A stretch of 64,000 nucleotides of DNA from Alphaproteobacteria bacterium (GTDB taxonomy: Bacteria > Pseudomonadota > Alphaproteobacteria > UBA7887): positions 3,456,001 through 3,520,000 of the forward strand of contig CBDCGL010000011.1 of the NCBI GenBank assembly GCA_965216755.1, given 5' to 3'. The translations under genes were made by a program, and so were the position numbers. Below are positions 30,536 to 40,078 of the stretch, in pieces; the stretch's first letter is position 1, and every line of letters begins with the position of its first letter. The notes under the pieces are model-generated. The model ran no database searches, was not told where the DNA came from, and was given only the letters and a program-made list of their open reading frames with translations.

Positions 30536-30569
30536 CATGACGTGATCGCCCGTATATGATCACGTCATG
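30536..30569 (+). promoter_or_regulatory. 12-bp inverted repeat over a leaderless-type promoter of the SRAP gene
   Basis: CATGACGTGATC-N10-GATCACGTCATG; TATGAT (30555-30560) is 6 nt before the ATG. Confidence 0.55.
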
Positions 30570-31247
30570 TGCGGACGCTACAGTTTCACCTCGCCGCCAG
30601 AGGCGGTGCGGCAGGTGTTTGCCTTTTCAGGGCCGCTGCCGAATTTCCCGCCGCGTTACAATGTCGCACCGACACAAGACGCGGCGGTCGTTCGGCTGGC
30701 GCCGGGCGACGACGGCCAAACAGGTGCCCGCGAACTCGCCCTGTTGCGCTGGGGCCTGGTACCGTCATGGTCGAAAGGGCCCGATCACCGCTACACGATG
30801 ATCAACGCGCGCGCAGAGACGGTGGCCAGCAAGCCCGCCTATCGCGCGGCGTTCAAGGCGCGCCGTTGCTTGGTGCCGTCCGACGGCTTCTATGAATGGA
30901 AAAAAATTGGGGGCCGCAAGCAACCCTATCGGTTCCAAGTGGCCGACGCAGATGTCTTCGCCTTCGCCGGCCTGTGGGAATTCTGGCAGCGGGGCGAGGA
31001 CACGATTGAGTCATTTACGATTATTGTCACCGAGGCGAACGATTTGGTCTGCCCGGTGCATGATCGCATGCCGGTTATCCTGGCACCCGAAGACCACGAG
31101 TCGTGGCTGCACGCAAAGACGGCCGCCGCCGCGCACGCGTTGCTGAAGCCGTTTCCGGCCGAACGCATGACCTCGTACGCGGTCAGCGGTCACGTCAACA
31201 ATGCCCGCCACGACGATCCAGAGTGCATCGCCCCGGCTTCCACATAG
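30567..31247 (+). CDS. SOS response-associated peptidase (SRAP; YedK/HMCES family)
   Basis: MCGRY (Cys2), RYNVAPTQ, INARAET, RCLVP.DGFYEW, HDRMPVIL, VNN. Confidence 0.95.
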   Translation: MCGRYSFTSPPEAVRQVFAFSGPLPNFPPRYNVAPTQDAAVVRLAPGDDGQTGARELALLRWGLVPSWSKGPDHRYTMINARAETVASKPAYRAAFKARRCLVPSDGFYEWKKIGGRKQPYRFQVADADVFAFAGLWEFWQRGEDTIESFTIIVTEANDLVCPVHDRMPVILAPEDHESWLHAKTAAAAHALLKPFPAERMTSYAVSGHVNNARHDDPECIAPAST

Positions 31248-31317
31248 GCTGTACAGTGGTCGCCGCCGTGCGTCGCTCGCGGCGTGCGCGATCACGCCGA
31301 TATGCTATGGTACGGTG

Positions 31318-32178
31318 ATGATGATAGAAGATCGATTTCAGCCCCGGCGCAGCTTGATTTTCGCGCCCGGCAATCGCCCCGACATGTTTCCCAAGGCGTT
31401 AACGACCGGCGCCGACATCGTCTGTGTCGACTTGGAAGACGCGGTCGCGCCGCAGCACAAGGGCGACGCCCGCGATGCCACATTGGCGCTGTTCGACGCG
31501 CCGCAGGCCGACGATGGCATCGAACGCATCGTTCGGATCAACTGCTTGCGCGCGCGCGAAGGGGTGCGCGATGTCGGTGCAATCTTGGATGCACCCAACG
31601 CGCCGCTGGCGCTGATGATGACCAAGGTCGCCTCCGCCGACGAAGTGCGCATGCTGGACGAATTGTTGACCGAAGCGGGAAAGGCGACCCGCCTGCACGT
31701 AATTATCGAAACCAACCCCGGCCTGGAGGCATCTATTGCGATTGCCCAGGCCAGCCCGCGCATTGACTCGATATTGTTCGGCGCCGTCGACATGGCCGCG
31801 GAACTGCGCACCGAGGTCTCTTGGGACACGTTGTTATACGCCCGTTCCCGCCTGGTTCACGCGGCGGCTTCCGCCGATGTCGATTTGATCGACGTGCCGT
31901 TCCTCGACCTTGATGATATGGCCGGCCTGGAGCGTGAAGCGCGCGCCAGCGCGGCTCTCGGCTTTACCGGCAAAGCGGCCATCCATCCCAAGCAGATCGC
32001 GGTGATCAACGATTGCTTCAGCCCCGGCGCGGCCGCGGTCGATCGAGCAAGACGAATTGTCGCCGCGTTTGCAGAAGGCGACAGTGGCCTGGTGCTGATC
32101 GACGGGAAGTTGATTGAAAAGCCTGTGCTGCGTTCCATGCAGCGAATCATCGCGATCGCCGACCGGATCAGTCGCTAG
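31318..32178 (+). CDS. CitE/HpcH-family CoA-ester lyase
   Basis: RRSLIFAPG, GAD...DLEDAV, RIN, IIET, GFTGK.AIHP.Q, DGKLIE.P. Start moved to ATG 31318. Confidence 0.9.
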   Translation: MMIEDRFQPRRSLIFAPGNRPDMFPKALTTGADIVCVDLEDAVAPQHKGDARDATLALFDAPQADDGIERIVRINCLRAREGVRDVGAILDAPNAPLALMMTKVASADEVRMLDELLTEAGKATRLHVIIETNPGLEASIAIAQASPRIDSILFGAVDMAAELRTEVSWDTLLYARSRLVHAAASADVDLIDVPFLDLDDMAGLEREARASAALGFTGKAAIHPKQIAVINDCFSPGAAAVDRARRIVAAFAEGDSGLVLIDGKLIEKPVLRSMQRIIAIADRISR

Positions 32179-32743
32179 CGCTGCGCGCCAAGCCATAGAA
32201 CACGTCATCGGCGCGCCAAAGGGTGATTGTGACATTGTCGCGGCGCGTCGTTTGTTCGCCGACCTTGGTCAGCGCCGGCGTCAAACGCGTCGCATAGAGC
32301 GTGTCGACAACACCGGTCGCCGTATCCCGCAGCTTCACTTGCGCGGCGATGCCGCCCTGGATCGAGCAATAGCGGCCGCCAATCAGCTGATAGCCGGAAA
32401 GCACATGCGCCGGTGGTTCGATGACAAAGTCGAGCCGATCAAGCGCGGTTTGCAGATCGGCGAACGCGTCGGTTTCAAACTCCACGGCCAAGGATTTGCC
32501 GTGGTTCATGGCGATTTCCGCCAAGACCCCCTGGGTTGTGACCCGCATATGGCTGTAGGTATGAAACACGGCGAACCCAAGCAGCAGAGCCGCCGCAACA
32601 GCGGACAGGCGCACATACCAGACCCGGTTGGGCGTTGCCTGGCGGGGCGGCCGCTGCGCCGCGTTCAATATTTCGGTGATTCGCCCATCGGACAACGACT
32701 GATCGCCGTAGTAATCGCGCACCAATTTGTCCAGATCACTCAT
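32168..32743 (-). CDS. Putative transmembrane anti-sigma factor
   Basis: Short N-terminal domain, one TM helix, extracytoplasmic domain with GGRYCSIQG. ATGA-coupled to the ECF sigma gene. Confidence 0.65.
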   Translation of the reverse strand: MSDLDKLVRDYYGDQSLSDGRITEILNAAQRPPRQATPNRVWYVRLSAVAAALLLGFAVFHTYSHMRVTTQGVLAEIAMNHGKSLAVEFETDAFADLQTALDRLDFVIEPPAHVLSGYQLIGGRYCSIQGGIAAQVKLRDTATGVVDTLYATRLTPALTKVGEQTTRRDNVTITLWRADDVFYGLARSASD

Positions 32744-33234
32744 CGGTCCAAACCTCCGACTTTGCGCTTCGCCGCGTTTGCAGCGTCGCCGCCCAGCGCG
32801 GCGCGCAATTTTGCTTTTGCCCGGTGCACCAAGCTCAACACCGTGCCGCGCGCGCTGTCGGTCAGGTCCGCGACCTCTTGGGCCGTGTAACCCTCGACGA
32901 CGGTCAAGAACAGCGCCTCGCGTTCGACCGGCCGTAAGGCGCCGAGCGGGCCGGCCAGGTCGCGCGGCAAAATCCGTTCATCCAGCGGCGCGGCCGGATC
33001 CGCGGCTTCGGGCGCGCAGTCCAGGTTTTCGAACACGACCAGGCGGTTGCGTCGGTGCTGATCCAAAAAAAGCCTTCGAATGGTGACGAACATCTCCGGC
33101 TTGGTTGGCGCCATGGCGGCGCGCCGATAGAGCCGGCACCACGCTTCTTGAACAAGATCTTCGGCGTCCGCACGGGTCGCGCGCAAAGACAAGGCATAGC
33201 GAAATCCGGCCTGCAAAAGCGCTCGTTCATCCAT
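32740..33234 (-). CDS. ECF RNA polymerase sigma factor
   Basis: DAEDLVQEAW (region 2); L...EREALFL..VEGYT.QEVA..RGTVLS..HRAK (region 4). Start moved to ATG 33234. Confidence 0.92.
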   Translation of the reverse strand: MDERALLQAGFRYALSLRATRADAEDLVQEAWCRLYRRAAMAPTKPEMFVTIRRLFLDQHRRNRLVVFENLDCAPEAADPAAPLDERILPRDLAGPLGALRPVEREALFLTVVEGYTAQEVADLTDSARGTVLSLVHRAKAKLRAALGGDAANAAKRKVGGLDR

Positions 33235-33497
33235 GGGTCGTCGACATACTCCGCACACCTGGGTTGGCCGCTTATGATAGACGCAAAATCGACGGCGTTT
33301 CTTGCGCACACGCGTGCATATGCGAACGGTTGACCGTGCCGGTCCCGTTTTAGATACGAAACACTGCGGCATTTGATTGCAGGAACGCGTGAAACGTGAC
33401 GAACGGGGCTGTTTTCGAGTAGGTATTTGGCGCGGGCGGCGCCGCCGCCGACGGATTCTCGCCGACGACGCGTTCGATTGGAGCTCGCTCTTGCGCC

Positions 33498-34673
33498 ATG
33501 CCGGTCTTGCTGCTGATAGCCTTTATCGATTTGGTCGGCTTCGGCGTGGTCATCCCGCTTTTGCCGTTCTATGCCGAGCATTTCGGCGCGCCGCCCCACG
33601 TGGTGACGTTGCTGATGGCGGTTTATTCGTTCATGCAGTTCTTGTCGGCGCCGATTTTGGGCACCATCAGCGATCGCTATGGCCGCAAGCCGGTGATCGT
33701 GCTGTCGCTTGCCGGGACCGTCTTGGCCTACATTTTTGCGGCCTTCGCCAGTTCCTTGGCGGCTTTGTTCGCGGCGCGCGCACTGGCCGGGTTGCTGGCC
33801 GGCAATATTTCTGCGGCTCAGGCCTATATCGCCGACATCACGGCGCCTGAGGATCGCGCGCGCGGTATGGGTTTGTTCGGCGCGGCGGTCGGGCTGGGTT
33901 TCATCTTTGGGCCGTTGATCGGCGGGCTGTTGACCGGCAGTGACCCGGCCAATGTCGACTTTCGCTTGCCGATGCTGGTCGCGGCCGGGCTTTCGGCCGT
34001 GGCCCTGGTAATGGCGGTGGTCATCCTGCGCGACCCGGCGCGCCGCCGCGATGGTGCGCAAGGGCCGCGGCGACCGGCCTGGTTTCGGCCGATCATTGCT
34101 GCGTTGTCGCGCCCCGACTTGTCGTTATTGGTGGTTATTTTCTTCCTGGTCATGCTGTCGTTTGCCGGCATGGAATCGACCTTCGCCTTGTGGTCTGAGC
34201 GTCAGTTGGGCTGGGGGCCCCGACAAGTTGGCCTGTTGTTCACATATTTGGGCGTGGTGGCAGTGATCATTCAGGGCGGCTTGATCGGCCGCCTGACGCG
34301 CGCGTTCGGCGAAGAGCGGATTCTGCTGGCCGGCGTCGGTACCTTGATCGCCGGATTTGTCACGCTGCCTGCGGCGACGACACTGACCGCGACTATGATC
34401 GCCGCCGGCCTGTTGGCGGCCGGCTATGCCCTGGCCAACCCCAGCTTGCACAGCTTACTTTCGCGGCGCGCGGGCGGCGATGTCCAAGGCGCGACGTTGG
34501 GTGTTGCACAGGCTGCGGGCAGCTTGTCGCGCTGTATTGCCCCGGCGTTGGCGGGGGCGGTATTCAGCGCTTGGGGTCGTGCGTGGCCCTATTATGTCGG
34601 TACGGTGCTGCTGCTGATGGCGTGTGTGGGCGTTTGGCGGCTGATGCGCAATGGCGCGGTTGAAGCCCGTTAG
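33498..34673 (+). CDS. MFS transporter (DHA1/TetA-like)
   Basis: FIDLVGFG..IPLLP, SDRYGRKPV motif A, AYIADIT, GFIFGP.IGG motif C. Confidence 0.9.
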   Translation: MPVLLLIAFIDLVGFGVVIPLLPFYAEHFGAPPHVVTLLMAVYSFMQFLSAPILGTISDRYGRKPVIVLSLAGTVLAYIFAAFASSLAALFAARALAGLLAGNISAAQAYIADITAPEDRARGMGLFGAAVGLGFIFGPLIGGLLTGSDPANVDFRLPMLVAAGLSAVALVMAVVILRDPARRRDGAQGPRRPAWFRPIIAALSRPDLSLLVVIFFLVMLSFAGMESTFALWSERQLGWGPRQVGLLFTYLGVVAVIIQGGLIGRLTRAFGEERILLAGVGTLIAGFVTLPAATTLTATMIAAGLLAAGYALANPSLHSLLSRRAGGDVQGATLGVAQAAGSLSRCIAPALAGAVFSAWGRAWPYYVGTVLLLMACVGVWRLMRNGAVEAR

Positions 34674-34679
34674 CGCGGG

Positions 34680-35654
34680 TCACTTCTGGTCCAAGAACGC
34701 CATCCAATTCTTATCGAAGCCGGATGGCAGCGGTGCCCGTGGTGCTTCGATCCACGCGGCGATGTCGGTCAGGACCCGATCGGCCTGCAAGTCGCGGGTC
34801 AGCATGTGATAGCCATCCGGATACACCGCCACCCGGTGGTGACCGTTCAAACGATCCAACATGCGTGCCGTGGGGGCTTTGGGAATGATCTCGTCGCGGG
34901 CGCCATAAAGGACCAGCAAGGGCGCATCGATATGGGGCGCCGCGGCCAACGCGGCGTCCATCATGTTGACCACGCCATAGATCGCCTCGATGCGGGTTTC
35001 CTTGATCACCAACGGGTCGGCGGACAAGGCGCGCAGCATTTCGATATTGTCCGACGGCGTGATCTTCAGGCCGCGGCCGGTGACACTCAGCCACGGCACG
35101 GTATGGGCGCCTAGCCATAAGGCGGCGCGATAAAACGGGTTCATGGTCTCGCGTCCCCACACAGCCGGGGCAATGAGCACTGCGCCCGCGACGTTGGGTA
35201 GCCTGCGATGGGCAAGCGCCGTCATCACCACCGCACCGCCCATGCTTTCGCCGAGCAAATAAAGCGGCACATCTGGATGGCGCGCGCGCACCGTCGCGAC
35301 CATTTGCACGAGATCATCGACCATGGTCTCGACCCCAGCCCAATAGCCGGCCAGGTTGGTGGCGCCGAAGCCGCGCTGGTCGTAGGCGTAGACTTGGATG
35401 CCGGCGTTGGCCAACACGGTTCCCGGTTGGGCAAACGCGTTGCTGTAGTCGTTAAAGCCATGCACGGCGATTACCACCGCGCGCGGATTGACGGCTGTGG
35501 CCTGCCAATGGCGCAGCGGCAGACTGGTGCCGTCGGCGGCGATCAGTTCCGTGCCGTTCAGCGCCGGTGGTGCCAGCGCTGGACCGGCGTGATAGACACC
35601 CGGTGCGCAGGCAGCAAACCAGAGACAGGCCGCGATGGCGATGACCTGGCGCAT
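34680..35654 (-). CDS. Alpha/beta hydrolase (lysophospholipase-like), probable lipoprotein
   Basis: Lipobox-like FAAC, HGFNDY, YDQRGFG, GESMGG nucleophile elbow, catalytic D and H (GYHML). Alternative start at 35672. Confidence 0.88.
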   Translation of the reverse strand: MRQVIAIAACLWFAACAPGVYHAGPALAPPALNGTELIAADGTSLPLRHWQATAVNPRAVVIAVHGFNDYSNAFAQPGTVLANAGIQVYAYDQRGFGATNLAGYWAGVETMVDDLVQMVATVRARHPDVPLYLLGESMGGAVVMTALAHRRLPNVAGAVLIAPAVWGRETMNPFYRAALWLGAHTVPWLSVTGRGLKITPSDNIEMLRALSADPLVIKETRIEAIYGVVNMMDAALAAAPHIDAPLLVLYGARDEIIPKAPTARMLDRLNGHHRVAVYPDGYHMLTRDLQADRVLTDIAAWIEAPRAPLPSGFDKNWMAFLDQK

Positions 35655-35737
35655 GGGATTTCGAACCCTCATCCTCTATAAATCGTCCTATCTTCCGCCT
35701 TTTGCCAGTCCTTCTGTTTTGTGAGCCGAGCCGAACG

Positions 35738-36583
35738 ATGAGCTATCGCGATCACGTCCGCAGGTGCAACCAATGGCAGACGGCGCAATTCATGCCGTTC
35801 GATGTGGCTGGTCGTCACGTGGGTTGGTTTCGCCGCGATTGGCTGGACCATATCACCGGCTTCACCGAGATTTTGTCGGTCAGCGCGGATCGCTTGCGAT
35901 TGAGCGATCGCCTCGACGGGCCGGCGGCGCGGACCGCCGCCATGCGCCAGGTGGTGCGCGCGTTGACCGATCGCGGGCTGACTCTGCCCTGGCGCGACGA
36001 ACCCTATCCGGTCGGGACTCGCTTTGGCGAGAATCTGTTCGAGATCGAACGCGCCGGGGCGCCGGGATTCGGCATTCGGGCCTATGGCATTCACGTTAAC
36101 GGCTATGTTCGCCGCGACGATGAAATATCGATGTGGATTCCGCGCCGGGCCGCCGACCGGGCGGTGGCGCCGGGCAAGCTCGACAATATGATTGCTGGCG
36201 GCCAGCCGGCCGGGCTCGGCTTGATGGAAAACCTGATCAAGGAAGCCGATGAGGAAGCGTCGGTGTCGTCGAATCTGGCATGCCGTGCACGACCGGTCGG
36301 CGCGCTCGGCTATCGCATGGCGGTCGACCAGGGTCTACGCGTCGATGTGCTATTCCTTTTTGATTTGGAATTGCCGGCGGATTTTGTTCCCGCCGCGCGC
36401 GACGGCGAGGTCGAGGACTTTCGCCTACTGCCGATCTCCGAGGTCATGGCAATCGTCGATCAGAGCGACGATTTCAAGTTCAACTGCAATCTGGTGCTGA
36501 TCGATTTCTTCGTTCGCCACGGCCTGATCGGCCCCGACCATCCGGACTATCTGGAGCTGATCGCCGGTTTGCGGATTTGCTGA
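35738..36583 (+). CDS. DUF4743-domain NUDIX hydrolase
   Basis: WRDE.Y, ERA....FGI..YG.H.NGY, PGKLDN..AGG, KEADEEA NUDIX box, FKFNCNLV. Confidence 0.88.
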   Translation: MSYRDHVRRCNQWQTAQFMPFDVAGRHVGWFRRDWLDHITGFTEILSVSADRLRLSDRLDGPAARTAAMRQVVRALTDRGLTLPWRDEPYPVGTRFGENLFEIERAGAPGFGIRAYGIHVNGYVRRDDEISMWIPRRAADRAVAPGKLDNMIAGGQPAGLGLMENLIKEADEEASVSSNLACRARPVGALGYRMAVDQGLRVDVLFLFDLELPADFVPAARDGEVEDFRLLPISEVMAIVDQSDDFKFNCNLVLIDFFVRHGLIGPDHPDYLELIAGLRIC

Positions 36584-36678
36584 CGGGCGCACCATGAAGC
36601 GCACCGCAAAAATGACTCGCCGCGACATGCCGCTATACTCGCCGCCATCGCACAATGGCGAAGAGAAGGAGCGGCGTC

Positions 36679-37335
36679 ATGTCCGATCGCGACCTCAACA
36701 AAACCGACCTGTCGCGCGCCAAGCGCTTGCATGAACGCGCCAGCTATGACCGCGAGACGGCCTACGCGATTATCGACGCAACACCGCTTTGCCACGTCGC
36801 TTACGTGGTTGATGGCCGGCCGGTCGTCACGCCGACATTTCAATGGCGCGAAGACGATCGCATCTATTGGCATGGCTCGTCCGCCAGCCGCATGCTGCGG
36901 CGCGCCGCCGCCAATCCCGTTTGCGTTACGGTAACGCTCTTTGATGGGTTGGTGCTGGCCCGCTCAGCCTTCCATCATTCCGCCAACTACCGTTCGGTGA
37001 TGCTGTTTGGTGTCGCCGAAAAGATCGAGGGCGATGAAAAGATCATGCGCCTTCGGAATTTTGTCGAGGGGCTCTATCCGGGCCGCTGGGACGGTCTGCG
37101 GCCGATGACGGACCAGGAACTGAAAGCGACCGCCCTGTTGTCCATGCCGATCGATGAAGGGGCGGCCAAGATCCGTACCGGTCAGCCGGTCGACGACGAA
37201 GAAGATTATGCCCTGCTGATTTGGTCTGGTGTCATTCCGTTGCACACCCAGGTCGACGCCGCCGTTGCCGACCCGCGCAATCTGGACGGAGTCGCCGTGC
37301 CGGACTACGTGGCCAATATCAAGATTGGTGGGTAG
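36679..37335 (+). CDS. Pyridoxamine 5'-phosphate oxidase-like flavin-binding protein (NimA-like)
   Basis: RASYD, YWHGS.ASR, DGLVLARSAFHHSANYRSV, KIRTG.P.D. AAGGAG RBS before ATG 36679. Confidence 0.88.
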   Translation: MSDRDLNKTDLSRAKRLHERASYDRETAYAIIDATPLCHVAYVVDGRPVVTPTFQWREDDRIYWHGSSASRMLRRAAANPVCVTVTLFDGLVLARSAFHHSANYRSVMLFGVAEKIEGDEKIMRLRNFVEGLYPGRWDGLRPMTDQELKATALLSMPIDEGAAKIRTGQPVDDEEDYALLIWSGVIPLHTQVDAAVADPRNLDGVAVPDYVANIKIGG

Positions 37336-37340
37336 GCGCC

Positions 37341-38282
37341 TTACAGAACGACCGTGCCGTCGGTGACCAGATCTTCAAGCGTTCCGCCCAAACCAGTCAC
37401 GCCTTCAAGAACCGCGACCTGGGTGAACGCACCACCGGCGCTGCCATCACCGTTGACAAGAACGTCGGTATTGCCGGCGCCGTCGTCACGCAACACAACG
37501 AAATCGCCGGCATTGGTCGGATCGCCATCATAGCCGGTAATCAGATCCGACAGCGCCAATTGGTCCTCGGCCAGGGTGAAATCGGTGATGAAGTCGGGGC
37601 CGACAGGCACATCGATGACAAACCGATCGGCGCCGCCATTACCGGTGAGCACATCGGCGCCACCGCCTCCGCGCAAAACATCGGCGCCGGAGCCGCCGAT
37701 CAAGCTGTCGGCGTCGGGCGTTCCCGAAATCACCAAGCCGCCTGGCGCGGCTTCGTCGCCAGGCGGTGTCTCTGGCGCGGTCAAGAACGGGTCCTCCGAT
37801 TCGGTGACCGCGCGCGCCACGGCAGCGGTCGTGGCCTCGGGCGCCGGGGCCAGGTCGCCGCCGTCGGGCAAGGCCAGGTCGATATGATCCGCGTCCAAGG
37901 GATCGAGGGTCACGCTGCCGTCACTGCCGGTGCCGTCATCGCCGATCGCCACGGGTTCCAGCTCCGGCCCCGCCGCCGTGGCCAGCAAATCATCCAGCGA
38001 GGCGATGACCGATGCCGTTTCCCCGGTGCCGAGCGCGATCTCGAACGGCGCGCCGCCTTCGAACAAGGCCGCGCCGCCTTCCAAGCGCACGGTACCATCG
38101 GCAAACATGATCGTGACATCGCCACCGTCGGCGATTAAATCGGCAGCAATCAAGCCGGCCGCGTTGGCGCCCATCACCGTGACACGTTGGCCCGGTTCTA
38201 CGACCACAGTGGTGATCGGTGGCACCTGATACGTCGCGATGACAGCGTCGGTGCGGATGTCGACAATTTGGAGTGTGGCCAT
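37341..38282 (-). CDS. Small acidic RTX-type type I secretion substrate
   Basis: Nonapeptide repeats GGSGADVLR-GGGGADVLT-GNGGADRF, C-terminal D.ITDF...DQL.LSDL T1SS-target domain, no Sec signal, TAAG at residues 102-105. Confidence 0.75.
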   Translation of the reverse strand: MATLQIVDIRTDAVIATYQVPPITTVVVEPGQRVTVMGANAAGLIAADLIADGGDVTIMFADGTVRLEGGAALFEGGAPFEIALGTGETASVIASLDDLLATAAGPELEPVAIGDDGTGSDGSVTLDPLDADHIDLALPDGGDLAPAPEATTAAVARAVTESEDPFLTAPETPPGDEAAPGGLVISGTPDADSLIGGSGADVLRGGGGADVLTGNGGADRFVIDVPVGPDFITDFTLAEDQLALSDLITGYDGDPTNAGDFVVLRDDGAGNTDVLVNGDGSAGGAFTQVAVLEGVTGLGGTLEDLVTDGTVVL

Positions 38283-38393
38283 GGTATGGGTCCAACCGCG
38301 CGCGCTCGACGCGCCGTCCTTCACATCTATTCGAAACACCTCATCATTTGGAAATAGCCCAAGCGCCAGGTCGGACCAGGGTCGGACACTGCT

Positions 38394-39938
38394 CTAAGTG
38401 CGCAGTTCCTTTTTCAGAATTTTGCCGGTCGCGTTCATCGGCAGCGACTCGCGCACCTCGATCAAGCGCGGATATTTGTACGCGGCGAGATGTTCCTTTG
38501 ACCAGGCTATCAGCGCGTCCGGATCGATCTGGTGATTGGGTTTGGCGACCACGAACGCCTTGACCTCTTCGCCATATTGGTCGTGCGGCACGCCAATCGC
38601 GGCGGCCAACGAAACGTCCGGGTGCTGTACCAAGACCTCTTCGATCTCGCGCGGATACACATTGAACCCGCCGCGAATAATCATGTCCTTGAGCCGATCA
38701 ACAATGAACAGATAGCCATCTTCGTCCAATTGGCCGATATCGCCGGTATGGAACCAGCCGTCACGAAACGCCTGCTCGGTTTCCTCGGGTTTGTTCAAAT
38801 AACCTTTCATCACGCAATGGCCGCGGACGATCACTTCGCCTGGTTCGCCGACCGCCACGTCTCGGTCGTTATCGTCGACCACGCGCACTTCGACGCCCCA
38901 CACCGGCGTGCCGACGGAACCGGGTTTGCGCGCCCTATGGCCGTGATTGAAGGCGACCACCGGCGAGGTTTCCGACAAACCGTAGCCTTCAAGGATCGGC
39001 ACCTCGAACTTGGCCTCGAAATCGCGCAAAACCTCGACCGGCAACGACGCGCCGCCCGAGGCGCAAATGCGCAGATTGCTTGTGATCTTGTCCAGGTCCA
39101 AGTCATCGGTCGGGTGGTGGACCATGGCCCAATACATGGTCGGAACACCGGCGAAAATGGTGCAGCCCTGGTCTTGGATTGTTTTCAGAACAACACCTGG
39201 GTCGAAGCGTGGGATCAGCACCAGCGTGCCGCCGCGCATGAGGGTGGCGACCATCAAGACGACCTGCCCGAACACGTGAAACATCGGCAGTGTCAGCAAC
39301 AAAACGTCTTCGGTGCCCGAATCGACCAAGTCATACGAAACGACGGCGTTGAGCACGATATTGGTATGCGTGAGTTCGGCGCCCTTGGGATGGCCGGTCG
39401 TGCCCGATGTGTAGAGCACCACCGCGACATCATCGCCGGCGCGCTGGACGGTATCGAAACCGGCGGATTGGGTACCGAGCATGGCACCAAGGGTTTGGGT
39501 CCCCTCAATCGGCGATGGTGCCGTCGGATCCGCGGTGATCATGAAAAAATGGGCGCAATCGTCGGCACGGCCAAAGGCGGCGTAACCGACCTGGCCCAAG
39601 GGAAGATCCGCCGTGCCTTCAAAACAGAACAGCGCTTTGGCACCGGCATCATTGAGGATGTAGGCCACTTCGTCCGGGGTCAGCAGCACATTGATGGGCA
39701 AGATCGTCGCGCCGCATTTCAGCGCGCCATAATAGACCATCGGGAAGTAGGGCAGGTTCGGGCACGACAAGGCGACCACGTCGCCGGGGCCGATGCCCAG
39801 GGCGGCCAGGCCGTTGGCGATCTTGTTGGCGGCGCCGTTCAGTTCCGCGTAGGAAATCGGCTTTCCGTTGAACACCAAGGCGGCATGGCCCGGCCGGTCG
39901 CGGGCGCTCGATTCCAACGTCGCGGCGAGATTGTACAT
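38394..39938 (-). CDS. Long-chain fatty acid--CoA ligase
   Basis: YTSGTTGHPKG, EGYGLSETSP, WFHTGD, DRLKDMI.RGGFNVYPREIEE, TGKILK. Confidence 0.93.
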   Translation of the reverse strand: MYNLAATLESSARDRPGHAALVFNGKPISYAELNGAANKIANGLAALGIGPGDVVALSCPNLPYFPMVYYGALKCGATILPINVLLTPDEVAYILNDAGAKALFCFEGTADLPLGQVGYAAFGRADDCAHFFMITADPTAPSPIEGTQTLGAMLGTQSAGFDTVQRAGDDVAVVLYTSGTTGHPKGAELTHTNIVLNAVVSYDLVDSGTEDVLLLTLPMFHVFGQVVLMVATLMRGGTLVLIPRFDPGVVLKTIQDQGCTIFAGVPTMYWAMVHHPTDDLDLDKITSNLRICASGGASLPVEVLRDFEAKFEVPILEGYGLSETSPVVAFNHGHRARKPGSVGTPVWGVEVRVVDDNDRDVAVGEPGEVIVRGHCVMKGYLNKPEETEQAFRDGWFHTGDIGQLDEDGYLFIVDRLKDMIIRGGFNVYPREIEEVLVQHPDVSLAAAIGVPHDQYGEEVKAFVVAKPNHQIDPDALIAWSKEHLAAYKYPRLIEVRESLPMNATGKILKKELRT

Positions 39939-40047
39939 CCTGTCCTCTTCAATTCGGTCCTTCGTCGTTTCGCATTATGGCGAAGTTGCCCGTTTGTGTT
40001 CGATTTTTCGTCGGTTCGTGCGGGTCGTGGGGCGAATCCGCGCAAAC

Positions 40048-40078
40048 AAAAAGCCACCCCGGGGAGGAACGGGGTGGC
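40048..40078 (-). terminator. Intrinsic terminator whose loop is an anti-SD motif
   Basis: Minus strand GCCACCCCG-TTCCTCCC-CGGGGTGGC-TTTTT. Confidence 0.85.

Noticed and set aside
33498-34673. Tetracycline resistance gene
   Set aside because: It shows only generic DHA1 MFS motifs, with no tetR and no mobile context.
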